From Octopus bimaculoides (lineage: Eukaryota): a stretch of 56,187 nucleotides of DNA. The stretch covers positions 65,073,947-65,130,133 of the forward strand of contig NC_068981.1 in NCBI RefSeq assembly GCF_001194135.2. Reading direction: 5' to 3'. This document shows, piece after piece, positions 13,334 through 25,610 of this stretch (positions within the stretch are counted from its first letter, which is position 1; every line of letters begins with the position of its first letter). Both the position numbers and the translations under genes were made by a program. The notes under the pieces are model-generated. The model saw only the letters and a list, made by a program, of their open reading frames with translations. It made no database searches and was not told the DNA's origin.

Positions 13334-13536
13334 GAAGGCAGCGAGGTGGCAGAAACATTAGCACGCCGGTATTTCATCAGTCTTTACATTCTGAGTTCAA
13401 ATTCTGATGAGGTCGACTTTGCCTTTCATACTTTCTGGGTCGATAAATTAAGTACCGGCTGCATACTGGGGTCGATCTAATCGATTGGTCCCCTCCCCAA
13501 AAATTTCGGGCTTTGTGCCTAGAGTAGGAAAGAATA
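13334..13536 (+). mobile_element. SINE family M (Meta-domain-like centre), best copy
   Basis: GAGTTCAAATTCTGATGAGGTCGACTTTGCCTTTCATACTTTCTGGGTCGATAAATTAAGTACC. Many decayed copies in both orientations (e.g. 15320-15540 +, 15545-15640 -, 35440-35620 +, 53265-53420 -). The MetaSINE link is from recall. Confidence 0.75.
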
Positions 13537-14324
13537 TTTATTTCATGTGCTTGTGTGATAGATATGACACTCTATTTGACCTTGTGAGTGATCAGGACTA
13601 TTGAATTCAGGAGCCCAAGGGGAAAAGTGTTTATGCTGCATATGTTTTTCTCTCAGGAGCAAAGGTTCAATTGCTAATTGCAAGAATTGAAACCATGTTT
13701 GAGATTCAGGCAGATGGAGCTCAGTGACTGTTCCATACATACTCCGCATAAGACTGTGTGTATGTGTGTTTCAGCCCTTTGCTGTGTGCTACAGTTTGAC
13801 AATTAAGTAGTACATGTGTGCACACATATGCATGCATGTGTATGTATGTGCGTGTGTGTAATATGTGCAAGCATAGCTGTGTAGTAAGAAATTTGCTTCC
13901 TAACCATGTGGTTCCGGGTTCAGTCATAATGCATGACACCTTGAACAAGTATCCTCTACTGCAGCTCCTGACTAACAAGAGTGGATTTGGTTGATGGAAA
14001 CTGAATGAAACCTGTTGATTACATATATTTACGTATGTATTACTGTCTCTTTGACATTGCATGATAGTTGTGAGTGAGACTTTCATACAAGGAGTCTTTT
14101 ATTTCTAGTGCTCTGTGAAAATATTTCAGGTCATGAAGAAATATTACCTTACTTGAAAGCAGGTGAGGATTGGCAACAGGAAGGGCACCTAACAATAGAA
14201 AATCTGCCTGAACAATATTCTGTCCAATTTGTGTGAGCATGGGAAAAATGGATGTTAAAAAAAATCACAAAGTTGGAAAACATAGAAATGATATATATAT
14301 TCATACATATATATGATGAGCTTC

Positions 14325-14463
14325 TTTCCAGCTTGCTTCTACTAAACCCTCTCAACAAGAGTTAACATAAGGCTATAGCAGAAGACACTTGCCCAAAGTG
14401 CCATGCACTGGCACTGAACCCAAAACCATGTTGTTAAGGAGCAAACTTCTTAATCACACAGCC
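14325..14463 (-). mobile_element. SINE family A/B head and core only, antisense
   Basis: GAAGACACTTGCCCAAAGTGCCATGCACTGGCACTGAACCC...CACACAGCC. Similar antisense heads at 25091-25242, 48181-48453 (two in tandem) and about 52520-52660. Confidence 0.8.
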
Positions 14464-17400
14464 TTTCCTACATATTATATATATAAATATTTATGCTTCT
14501 GCTCAAGTTTCATTCACTGCACCTAAAAGATTATTGTAGAACTTGAAACTTGAGCTATGACGTAACTGTGTGATAACAGTAGCTGTATTTGAGAAAGATT
14601 AGAAAAAAACACTCTTCCCGCAACTAAGACATCACATTATATTATAAATATTCTATTTTCTGCTGCACTAGTTAGAATATATAAATCAATGTTACAATTT
14701 ATACACCAACATGAGTTAAATAGTATACTAGTATGCTACACATTTTTGTAATTGGTTGTGATGCCACACCTTTATATGCCTGTATGCGTATGTAGTTTAC
14801 CGAATTAACATGTTTTACAAGATTATATAAATGACTACAGTTAACTTCTTCATTTGCTATTAAATTAGGATGCCTTTACATGGTCATTCAACCTGCTAGA
14901 AATAGCAGTTGAAATCTCTTAAACAACACAATATTCTTCAAAAGTAGGACACATTAGATGATATTAGCCTAGATACCCACATAGGTTGGAACGTCTTATA
15001 GGTCTGCTTAGTAAGGGTTGACTGGAGGCTAAAATAACCACCTTTTCTTATTTATCACTCTTGTTCTTCTGATGCTGATTTCTTTGTTTGATGGAAAGAC
15101 TGCACTTTGTATGGAGATTTGTATATATATATAGTTTTAATTCATCTCAACAGACATTTGGAACTCAATAGTGGGTAGTGAATTAAAAACCTAAAGAGTT
15201 CAACACTACCGTTTATCATTCCACAGTTCTGGTAATAACGATGATAATTTCTAACATTAGCACAAAGCCAGAAATCTGTTGGGCAGGATTAGTCAATGCA
15301 ATCAATATTTGATTGGTATCAAGCCAATGAAATAGCAGAATTGTTAGCATGCTGGGCAAAATGTTTAGCAGGATTTTGTTCATCTTTACATTTTTAGTTC
15401 AAATTCCACCGAGGTCATCTTTGCTTTTTATCCTTCCAGAGTCAATAAAATAAGTACCAGCTGAACTCTGATGTCCATGTAATCACCTTAAACCCCACCA
15501 CCCCGAAATTGCTGGTCTTGTGCCAAGATTTGAAACCAATATTTTATTAGTACTTTATTGACCCTGGAAGGTCTGGATGGGATTTGAACTCGAAACAATA
15601 AGTGCTCTAACTTCATACTGTAAAACATTTCTAACATTGATAAAAATCCAGGAATACATAATAAGGTAAGTTTTAGACAACTTAATATAAATGAGGAAAG
15701 TTTTAGATAACTTAATTGATTTCATTACATGGTTGGTTGCTATTTTAATTAGCCCTTGGAGTGATAAATGGTATGAACACTATGTAAAGTGATGAGAGTA
15801 AAAAAGATAGAGCACTTAGTCCAGAAACCTTGCAATCTATGCCCTCCAACTGATGACAGTAGGGTAGTGAATTGGCAGTCATTAGAGCATTGGTAATATT
15901 CCTTGAGGTACTTGTTTTAGTTTTCTGTACTCCAAGTTCAAATCATGCCAAGGTCAACTTTGCCTTTTGTCTTTTTATGAGGCCAATAAAGTACCAATCA
16001 AGTACTGGGATCTATTCTCCAAATCTTCTGTATTGCCCTTGGTGAAGGGCAACAGAATCTCTTTCTCTCAAAATGAATAAGGGGTGAGTGAAAAGCTTAT
16101 GACCTCATCTTCTACAGAAACAAATGATATGCTGCAGGAACTATTAAAGGATGGACTGATGTGCAGTTGAGCTTAGAAAAGAAATAAAGAAGACTGATAA
16201 TGATAATATTAGTAATAATAAACTTACACAGGATTTGGCTTAAATCATGCCTAACATATTCGTATTAATAATTTCTAACTTAGGACTAAGGTTACAAATA
16301 CATAGTCAACTGAACTGATCCAAGCACACCACTGGTACTAATTTAATATAATCAAGCCTCACAGAATTTGAACTGAGAACATAGAGCAGAGTCATTTCTA
16401 ACATTTGGGCAAATTCAGAAATGTATACAAGAGGATTTAGTCATCTTAGTTGATTTCAGTACATGGTTAGTATCTGTTTTAATTAACCTTGTGATGATTC
16501 TTAGTCAACCCCAACTGGATTTGTACTCAATGTAAAGATATGTAAGTAAATAGCATATTTAGTCTGATTCCTTAGCATTTATAGCACCCTGTTGATGACA
16601 TAAGACAGTGAACTGACAGTCACCGGAGCATTGGTTTGCATTCAGCAAGATGTTAACGCTTTGGACAAGATACATTATGATTATGCGTTCAGATCTTTGC
16701 ATCCTGAGCTCAAATTCTGTCCAGGTGCCAGTAGCATTGGATTACCCTGTACAATTGGCCAGCATCAACATGTAGGTCTATAAGCAGCATAGCTGAGCAG
16801 GCAAAGAGCATATTGAAGTTTTCATTCTCCAGTGAACCTAACTAGATTTAGCGTGTTGCTCTGAGTCGAAAGTTCAAATCTCACCATACCTGAATTTACT
16901 TTTACCATATTTCGCATTGTTGATTAATCAAATGCAAGTTGCATACTGAAATAGCCATGAACTATTCCAATTTATTCCTATTTTTGTATCACAAAGTTTG
17001 TCCTTAAAATCTAAAAATGTTCAGTGTGGAGAAAGAGATTGGTCGGTAAAGAGTGATGTCTTGTGTAAAATAATATTTCCAAAGATTGTCCACTTGTATT
17101 ACATTCCTGTCAATAATGTCTAAGACCTTCATTTAGCTGCATTAGTCTTTTTCTTTGGCATCCAGTCACATGAAGCCAATGCTATTGAAAGGTATCAGAC
17201 CTTTTCAATTAACCAAATAGATGCATATTTATTTTGAGCGGAATTGTTAGTCTGACAATATTCCTTGAGATATTTAATGGCAAGAACTTCTTTGTAACAA
17301 ATCCACTCACAAGGCTCTAGCCAGCCCACGGCTATAGCAGAAGACCCTCAGATACCTGCTGACAATGCAGGTTCTCTGCATTGCAATGGATTTAGATGAG

Positions 17401-18409
17401 TTTACATGGGTTGATTGGAGTTTGAGGCAGATTTTCTACAGCGGGATGTCAATGACCCTTGCCTGCTTCCAAGCAAGGTAATATTACCCCATGGCCAGAC
17501 GTGTTTTTACAGAATATTGGAAATGGATGGCACTGCTTGTATGACAGTAACACTCATTTACAACTATCATGTGATGTCAAGACAAGTCATACAAATATAC
17601 TCACACTCATACTTATCCATCTATACCCTATGCACGTACACACAAGCTCTCGGTTTCTGTCTACTACCATATCTACTCACAAGGCTTTTGTCTGTCCAGG
17701 GTTATAGTAAAAGACACTTGGCAAAGATACCATGCAATGGAGCTAAACCAAAAACCGTGTGGTTAAAAAGCAAACTTCTCAACTACTCACTCATGCACAC
17801 ATCTAGATAATGCAAATGGTAGTGTGAGTGTATGCTGGCTATGATAAAGCAAATGTTAGTTGATATCATCAAGCTAACTAACCCAATTAACATGGTATTT
17901 CCAACTTCCAAGAGAGAAAATCACATGCTCTTGATAGTGAAGTGTTTTAGTCATAAACTCAACATAGTTTTAGTGACAAGGATAGTGGTTGTCTTGTATC
18001 TTGTCAAGCTAGGCTATCTATGCTCACAGTAATACTTACATAAGGTCCAACATAAACATTGGCCTGCAAATATTTTGAAAAAAATATACAACTATTTCTC
18101 ACATTGGTGTAGGGCTACACAATTTTGAGGAAGGTACAGTTGATTTAATCAGTCACCATTTCCAGGCTGGTGTATATTTTATGGAACCCAAAAACAATGA
18201 AATGCAAAGTCTAGACTGTAGGGATTTTGGTATCAAGAAATAATATCTAGCTTTTGCATAAGGCTACAAAAGTAGATATTGATTTCAATATCAGTGCTTG
18301 AATGACTGGCTCTTTTTTTCTTTTGGCAAGCCAACAAAAGAACCTATATGCAGTCATTTAACATGCTAGAAATAACAACCAATTTCCCTCAAATTGCACT
18401 CTGCTATTT

Positions 18410-19465
18410 TCCAGTTGGAAGAATCCATTGGACAATGAACTTATAATACTTCGACCGTGCGAACCAAAGGAGATGGCGACGTAGACGGAAAAGGCTCCTT
18501 TTTACCATGTCACACGGTTGAACACAAAATAAGATATATAAGAGAGAAGGCTCATCGTGGGAGATACGAGCCATAGTACCAGTAAAAGAACTTAGGACAG
18601 ACAACCGTTATTATTTATAATTAAGAGTAAGTTTATTAACATAGTGAAACTGATTGTGTCCGTGTGCATGCATGCGACATATATAAATAACACAGTAGAT
18701 AAGTCAGGCCTTCGTGTACAAGAGAATGTATACAACAATGTGAAGTAACGGACAGTCGTATAAGCAATAGTGTGTGTACAATATGTGAGAGTACAAGTGT
18801 GCGTGTGAATGAGAGGAACACAGAACATAGAAAGAGTGTCTGTAACATAGACTACAAGTCTCAAACACTGAGAATGAGAAATACCAGTTCGTATTAGAGT
18901 TACACAAGGAGATAGAATGTTCATACACAGGAAGTTGTGGCCAAGTAGCAGAGCTGTGGTATCACAATATGTGTGTTGAGTGTCGAATGCTGTGACCGTT
19001 TACCTGATACAGAATATTCTCGCTGGTTAGTTCTGACTGTTGCTCGTGGTGGAAACAATCCACTCAAACAGGGTCGATATAAAACCGAGTGTGTTGATAT
19101 TGGTGTGTACCTGGTGGTGGGGTTGCTGGCGCACGACATTGTAGTAGACAGTACATAGGTGGTGAAGACGTCGGCGCTGGAACTGGTTGTAGCTGTGTTC
19201 TGTATGTGTGGTCAGCGACCAGACCTGTGAGAGATATGGAATCGAAGACGACTACCGTTGTTGGATCGGGCTTATTTATAGGTGAAATAGGGCTCACCGG
19301 AAACAGAAAAACTATCTCACGTGACCTTATCTGAAAACCACGATTGGACGCAATCCACGCTTAGCAAGCAGAACATGGGGACAATTGCCGCGCAAATAAG
19401 AACCAATCAGGATGGTGGACAGAAGGGTCCAAGGCAGCCTAAGGCTAGATGTTAGCAGCTTCGTT
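18410..19465 (-). mobile_element. putative solo-LTR-like insertion (about 1.05 kb); boundaries approximate
   Basis: GC/CpG-richer block splitting a family D copy; minus-strand TATAAATA 19273-19280, CCAAT boxes and AATAAA 18632-18637. No convincing TG..CA ends or TSD found. Confidence 0.4.
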
Positions 19466-20906
19466 ATCATTTATGATTGAATGCCTGAGAGAGAGGTTTC
19501 ACTACAAACTCAAAAAAGCTAGCAATCCTTTCATTATAGGCCTGCTTGATCAGGGCTGGCTTGGTGTTAAACAGCTGTAACAACTTAAACTATATATCAT
19601 CATTTTAGTATTCACTTTTCCATGCTTGCATCAAACAGTTTGAGGTAAATTTTCTGTGGTCGAATGACCTTCAAGTTTCCAATCCATGTGTGTGTGTGTG
19701 TGTGTGCATGTGTGCGTTCAAACTGCAAATTAAGGGCTACTTGCTCGCAGAATCGTTACTTAGGGCATGAGAAAGGATACCTTGCAATATTTCTTCCAGT
19801 TATCTGTTCTGCCTGAATCAGAAATAATTATTTTCTACAAGTTACCTGATATTCCACATTTCACCTAACTCCCAAGATGTTTTGGCAACTTTTCTACCCG
19901 ATGTTTTTAGTTTTGCTTCCTCACTTTTGGTGCATAAAAAAAAAAAAAGAATTTTTGGCAACACTAATTATTAATGTAGGAAGTAAAAATAGCGAGTAGA
20001 TTTTTTTTTCTTGCCTTGACAGCATGAAGCTGATTTTTCAGCAAAGGCACATACTGATCATAACTGGGTGGGAATTTAAATTTGTGACGTTTATAAACTA
20101 GAGTCCTTCCCGTCTAACAAAACTGCTTGACATTTGGTATTATTATTGTTATGATAAATTGTTTTGTACTTACTTAAAAAATGATTAAGATAGGGAGGGG
20201 CTCGGTTGATTTAATTGAGCCCAACCCTGGAATGATGAAAGATAAACGACTGGAGTTGACACCCGGACGTAACCAAATTCAGAAAGGAATTTTGTCTGAT
20301 GGTCGAATAGTTTGTAACGTTATGAAAGGCCACAAATCTCGAGAAGAGGATATTAGTCGATTAAATCAACCCTAGTCTTTGGTTGATATTTTATTTTATC
20401 GATCCGTGAAAAATGAAAGACAAAGTCTCTCTAGTGAAACCTGAAGGAACTTAATATCGCAAGACAATTTGTCTGCCATTCTGCCAGTCTGCTGCATTGA
20501 TGACGAAGCCCTGACTTGATTGACATAAAATTACAAATCTTTAAGAGATGAGAAAACGAAATGAAGGTGTTGTAATGTTCATGCTTTATCAGAGACATTT
20601 GCCGTTTAATTCAAATGAAATGACCACAAATAACACTAAATAATGGTTTCCGAAAAGAAAAAGCACAAAATCTCAGTACGTTCTTTTTAGTTGGACATCA
20701 GTTAAGACAACTGATTTCTTTCATTTGCAAATGTTTTTGTAATAAGGTATTTATAAAATGGTAGGATACAACAATAAAATGTTTGCTATAGAATTAACAG
20801 ATATAGCATTAGATAATTTGGATCTTTTTTAAAACGGGGGCCACATTTTTCATTAATGTTTTACGTAGTGTTTTTGGTACGGAAAGATTTTCAAACTTCG
20901 TATACT

Positions 20907-21477
20907 NNNNNNNNNNNNNNNNNNNNNNNNNNNNNNNNNNNNNNNNNNNNNNNNNNNNNNNNNNNNNNNNNNNNNNNNNNNNNNNNNNNNNNNNNNNNNN
21001 NNNNNNNNNNNNNNNNNNNNNNNNNNNNNNNNNNNNNNNNNNNNNNNNNNNNNNNNNNNNNNNNNNNNNNNNNNNNNNNNNNNNNNNNNNNNNNNNNNNN
21101 NNNNNNNNNNNNNNNNNNNNNNNNNNNNNNNNNNNNNNNNNNNNNNNNNNNNNNNNNNNNNNNNNNNNNNNNNNNNNNNNNNNNNNNNNNNNNNNNNNNN
21201 NNNNNNNNNNNNNNNNNNNNNNNNNNNNNNNNNNNNNNNNNNNNNNNNNNNNNNNNNNNNNNNNNNNNNNNNNNNNNNNNNNNNNNNNNNNNNNNNNNNN
21301 NNNNNNNNNNNNNNNNNNNNNNNNNNNNNNNNNNNNNNNNNNNNNNNNNNNNNNNNNNNNNNNNNNNNNNNNNNNNNNNNNNNNNNNNNNNNNNNNNNNN
21401 NNNNNNNNNNNNNNNNNNNNNNNNNNNNNNNNNNNNNNNNNNNNNNNNNNNNNNNNNNNNNNNNNNNNNNNNNNNNN
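20907..21477. other. assembly gap (571 N)
   Basis: N run. Confidence 1.
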
Positions 21478-22293
21478 AATCAAAATTTATGAAAAAACCT
21501 ATTAACACCTATTTCTAGAGGCATTCATCCAATAAGTTTGGTTTAAGGTGGGGGTATCTGTTTGAGGAGGATTTGACTACTGCTTCTAGTTGATCGAGTA
21601 ATCGTTGTTAGTTCGAAAACCCTTTAATATTGATGTCGGGATGGTGTTTTATTTCCTATCATAGTTTTATTGATGTAGGGGAAAATGGCGTTACTGAGTG
21701 TCGAAATCGAAACCTAATCGCTGAATCATCATGGTAATGGATTTACATGATAAATGCATGGATGATTCCACGTGGTTGTCACTTGGTCTTCAGAAAAAGC
21801 AGCCAAATCTCTCTTAGATTACACCCAGCGGTCTTCCTTTTTCACTGTGTGGGAGGGGAGGGTCATTGGATAATTTAGTCCTTGAAACATTGACAGAAAA
21901 GAACAAGATGGTCATGGTTAGAACGCCTTTGATCACAGTCTACTTGATCAGTGCAGACACGGAACTGAACATCAGCAGCATCAAATTTATTTTCCTCAAA
22001 AGGTGACGAGGGAAAACACGAAAAGAACCTTTACGCTGTCCTCTGTTCTTTCAAAATAACTCTGCTATTACTATCGTCTCTGTCATCGGTGATTCTCTCT
22101 CTCTCTCTATTTATCTATCTATCTATCTATACACACACACACTAAAATGGTACATTGTTTGACCTACATTTTCAGCCTGTTCCAAATACTCATATTGTGG
22201 AACTGAAATTAGAACATCCGAGATAAATTCAAGATATTAGAGAAAAGTATTGAATTTCTAGAATAAAAAATATATAACTTAATACTAATTGCT

Positions 22294-22542
22294 GGTAATC
22301 TTCAAGTTTAGGGGGGTAAAAAAGTAAATAAAAATATTCAAGGGAAATAACTGAACGACTTACCAGTATTATCCGTTTTCTTCTAGCTGTTTGTAAATAA
22401 ATCACACCCTAACCCTAACGTCAATCAAATCACGTGTGTGATTTATTTATAAACAGATGTACGGAGAATACTGGTAAGACGTTCAGTTAATTCCCTTGAA
22501 TATTTTTATTTATTTTTTACCCCCCTAAACTTGAAGATTACC
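22294..22542. mobile_element. foldback MITE (249 bp) with long TIRs and a 9-bp TSD; Mutator- or Merlin-like
   Basis: Arms of about 110 bp starting GGTAATCTTCAAGTTTAGGGGGGTAAAAA; identical CTAATTGCT at 22285-22293 and 22543-22551. Confidence 0.9.
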
Positions 22543-25339
22543 CTAATTGCTTTCTTCCTCAAATTTGGGGAGGGGAACCTGCTGGTGGATTTGAACTCAG
22601 AACGTAATGGGTACATTAACTAAATACCGTTAGGTACTTTGCTCCATGTTGTAAATATTTTGCTAATTCACAGGACTGAGTAGTATCAAAAATATATTAA
22701 AATAGTGTGCATTTTATGTACTCTGTTATTACTCGACCATAATACAACTGCCTTCGTTTCAATATACAATCAAGTACACCAACAAAAGATATGTTTTTTT
22801 GTGTTTTAACTCTAGTGGGGGAAATGACTACAACGTGTATATTTCCTACAGATTAATGACATTTCGCTACGATGTGATTCTTTCACTAATAGAAAGTGAA
22901 AAGTTCAAACTAAAAAGAAAACGGAAGTTGAAACTGCACAGCTGCGGGGAAAATTCATTGAAAGAATAATTACAATCACTTACACAATGTGGTATTTACT
23001 TAAAAAAAAAATACGGTATGATTTGAGGGAGATTAGGCTGCTATTTCTAGCAAGTTGAGCGAGCACGTAGTAGCTTCCTCGTATGCTGCTTTAGAATCTC
23101 TTTAGCCTCTTGTTTGGGTTGATCAAAAGCATTTCGACCGTTTTAATTTTTGTTTATTTATATGACTATCGCCAAAATGACCTTACGACAGAATGATTTG
23201 AGGGGGGATTTAAATACGTTTTCTAGCAGGCTGAGTGACCACGCACAGCAGTTATTTCACGTTGCTTTTAATCTTATCACTTTCCAAAGGTTTAATTATA
23301 CTTGGAAGCAGTCTACAAAATAACACCAAACGAAAGATGGTCTTACAGGAGGGAATTAAATTTAATTATCAAGAAACGCGACACTACTAATTCAGATATT
23401 CTGTGTGGTACTTGACAAACAAATTAGCTGACATTGTTTTGACTAAGATGGTACACCGATAAAATAAAATAAATTGATGAGCTGACTTATCTTAAAATTA
23501 TCATTATTAAGCCTTTTTTTATGTCATATATTACCTATATTAGAAATTATCTTTTCGGGGCCGATAAAATAATGTACCTGTTAACACTAAGTCGATTTGA
23601 TGGGCTGTTTTCTTCCCTGAAATTTGCTATGGTATATCTGTGTTAGAAATCACTCTTCATTGAATACATTTTAATTTTTCTCATTTTAAATGTTTGTCAT
23701 ATGTGTCTCTGATATTTACGAAACTATATTTATGAAAGTCAGTGCGTCCGTGCTTCTTGGGGAGAGCGAGCGAGCGAGTTTTTCCGAATTAGGTCAAGAA
23801 TGCCGCAATGGTATCTCTGAGTGTGCGGGTGAAATATTTTATGTATGTAGTAGATATAAATATAGGAACACAGCACAAACGGCTTCCAGTTTGGCTGCTG
23901 ATGAAAAAGTCTCGGAGTAAAATCACATAAAGCCAGGAAATTCATTTTTAAAATTCTATTTCATTAAAGTTGTGTGAACGTCACAGATGGCCGAATTTCT
24001 TTACAATAAATAAACTCTGGCTTTCAGTGTGTACATGGGTGTGTATTGATTTATTTAGGAGCTAAGTATGTATATTAAAGAGTATAAATTGTATATTTTA
24101 GAGGTGGTGGGGAGCAGTAGATAAGGCACAAGAACATTGTTTTATTTAGCAGTATAAAATCAATCGACTAATTATTTTACTGATACTTTATCGATCCCGG
24201 CTGCATCTGAAAACTGAATTGACAGGAAATAATTGAGAGAACGATCTCTTTTCTCTGCCATTTTTAGCGATCTTAAAGTGGGTAGAAGCTGTGTATAGAA
24301 GCCATGTACATATTAAACTAACTGAACCTGTTGTGACACCCAGTTTTTTTTTGTTTGTTTGTTTTTTTTGTATGTTCAACACGTTCTCATTTAATAACCA
24401 AAACAAGCACATATACTCAGGATAGTATACAATCGCAGAAAAGCGAGTGATGGGCAAGATGGCACTCAAAGGCACTGCAAAAAAAAACACAGGCGAAATA
24501 TGTTTTAATTACGACTCATAAGAAAATTCTATAATTACAAACTTGTTCACATTCTGAATATTGAAAGAGTTTTTCCTATCTATTCTTCCAAAATTGTTTA
24601 AATTTATTCTTGTGTTGGTAATTTGTGTTCGGGTCAGATACCCCTCCTTGTTAATTGATAACAATTTGAATAGATTTTTGTATGAGAAGGTCAGTTAAGT
24701 TTCACTGGTAATTAAGCTACCAGATTTTTTTATACTTTTCTTTCTATTTTTTATGAGACTCCTTGTTCTAGAAATCATTTCTAACTTCGATTTCTTCAGA
24801 GATATCCCCCAAAAATTTCTAAGCATCAACCTATTTTGTGCTCAATGAGTATTTGTCAGATCCATTTTGATTGTCCTGATAGATATTCATGTCCACAAGG
24901 CCTCGTTGACATAAGGATGGTTAACATTGTTGTAGTCTGGAATTCTAGTTTTTTTTCTACTGGAGTATATTGAACTTAGCATCTGTTTCCATCTGAATTG
25001 ATTGGATTAGTTCTGAGAGATGACTAATGGAGCTTCATATACTGGATGTCTACTACCCGTTATGCACACCATTTCCACTCTGTCCATCAGACAAGCTTCT
25101 GTGGTTTCTCTTACCAAGTTTCATTCAAGGCTTTTAGTTGGACTGTTATGGTTGAGACACTTGTCCAAGGTGTCATGCAGTGATATTGAACCTGGAACCA
25201 TGCAGTTGTGAGGCAAACTTCTTAACTATACAACAATGCCTGATTAAATACTGTAAATTTTTTATTCTACAGTCATTGTTTTATTGTTGAAATGGGTTGG
25301 TTGGGTGTAGCTTTTAGCATATCTACTTCTCAAACTCCT

Positions 25340-25610
25340 TTGTCTCATCTGGGGGTGGAGAGGCAATATTTGAAGACCAAGTGGCATTGCACCTAGAAAT
25401 TTACCCTCTAAGGCACAAGTCTGAGCAAGGTTGTTTATGGAGGACCAGTAGTTGCCCAAGCATACCACTCTCCCCTCTCTATGCCACTGAATGTTATCCA
25501 ACAGAAAGGCAAAGGTCAATACAGCTTGGCAACTGTGACATTGCAACTCATTTCTACAGCTGAGTGAACTGGAGCAACGTGAAATGAAGTGTTTCGCTCA
25601 GAAACTAACT
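25340..25610 (-). mobile_element. SINE family F, antisense
   Basis: CACCTAGAAATTTACCCTC...GGCAAAGGTCAATACAGC...CAGCTGAGTGAACTGGAGCAACGTGAAATG; second copy 42540-42791. Confidence 0.7.

Noticed and set aside
24682-24695. ATGAGAAG|GTCAGT as an alternative first exon splicing directly to exon 3
   Set aside because: Such donor words are frequent in a 35-kb intron and it would require skipping exon 2; no other support.
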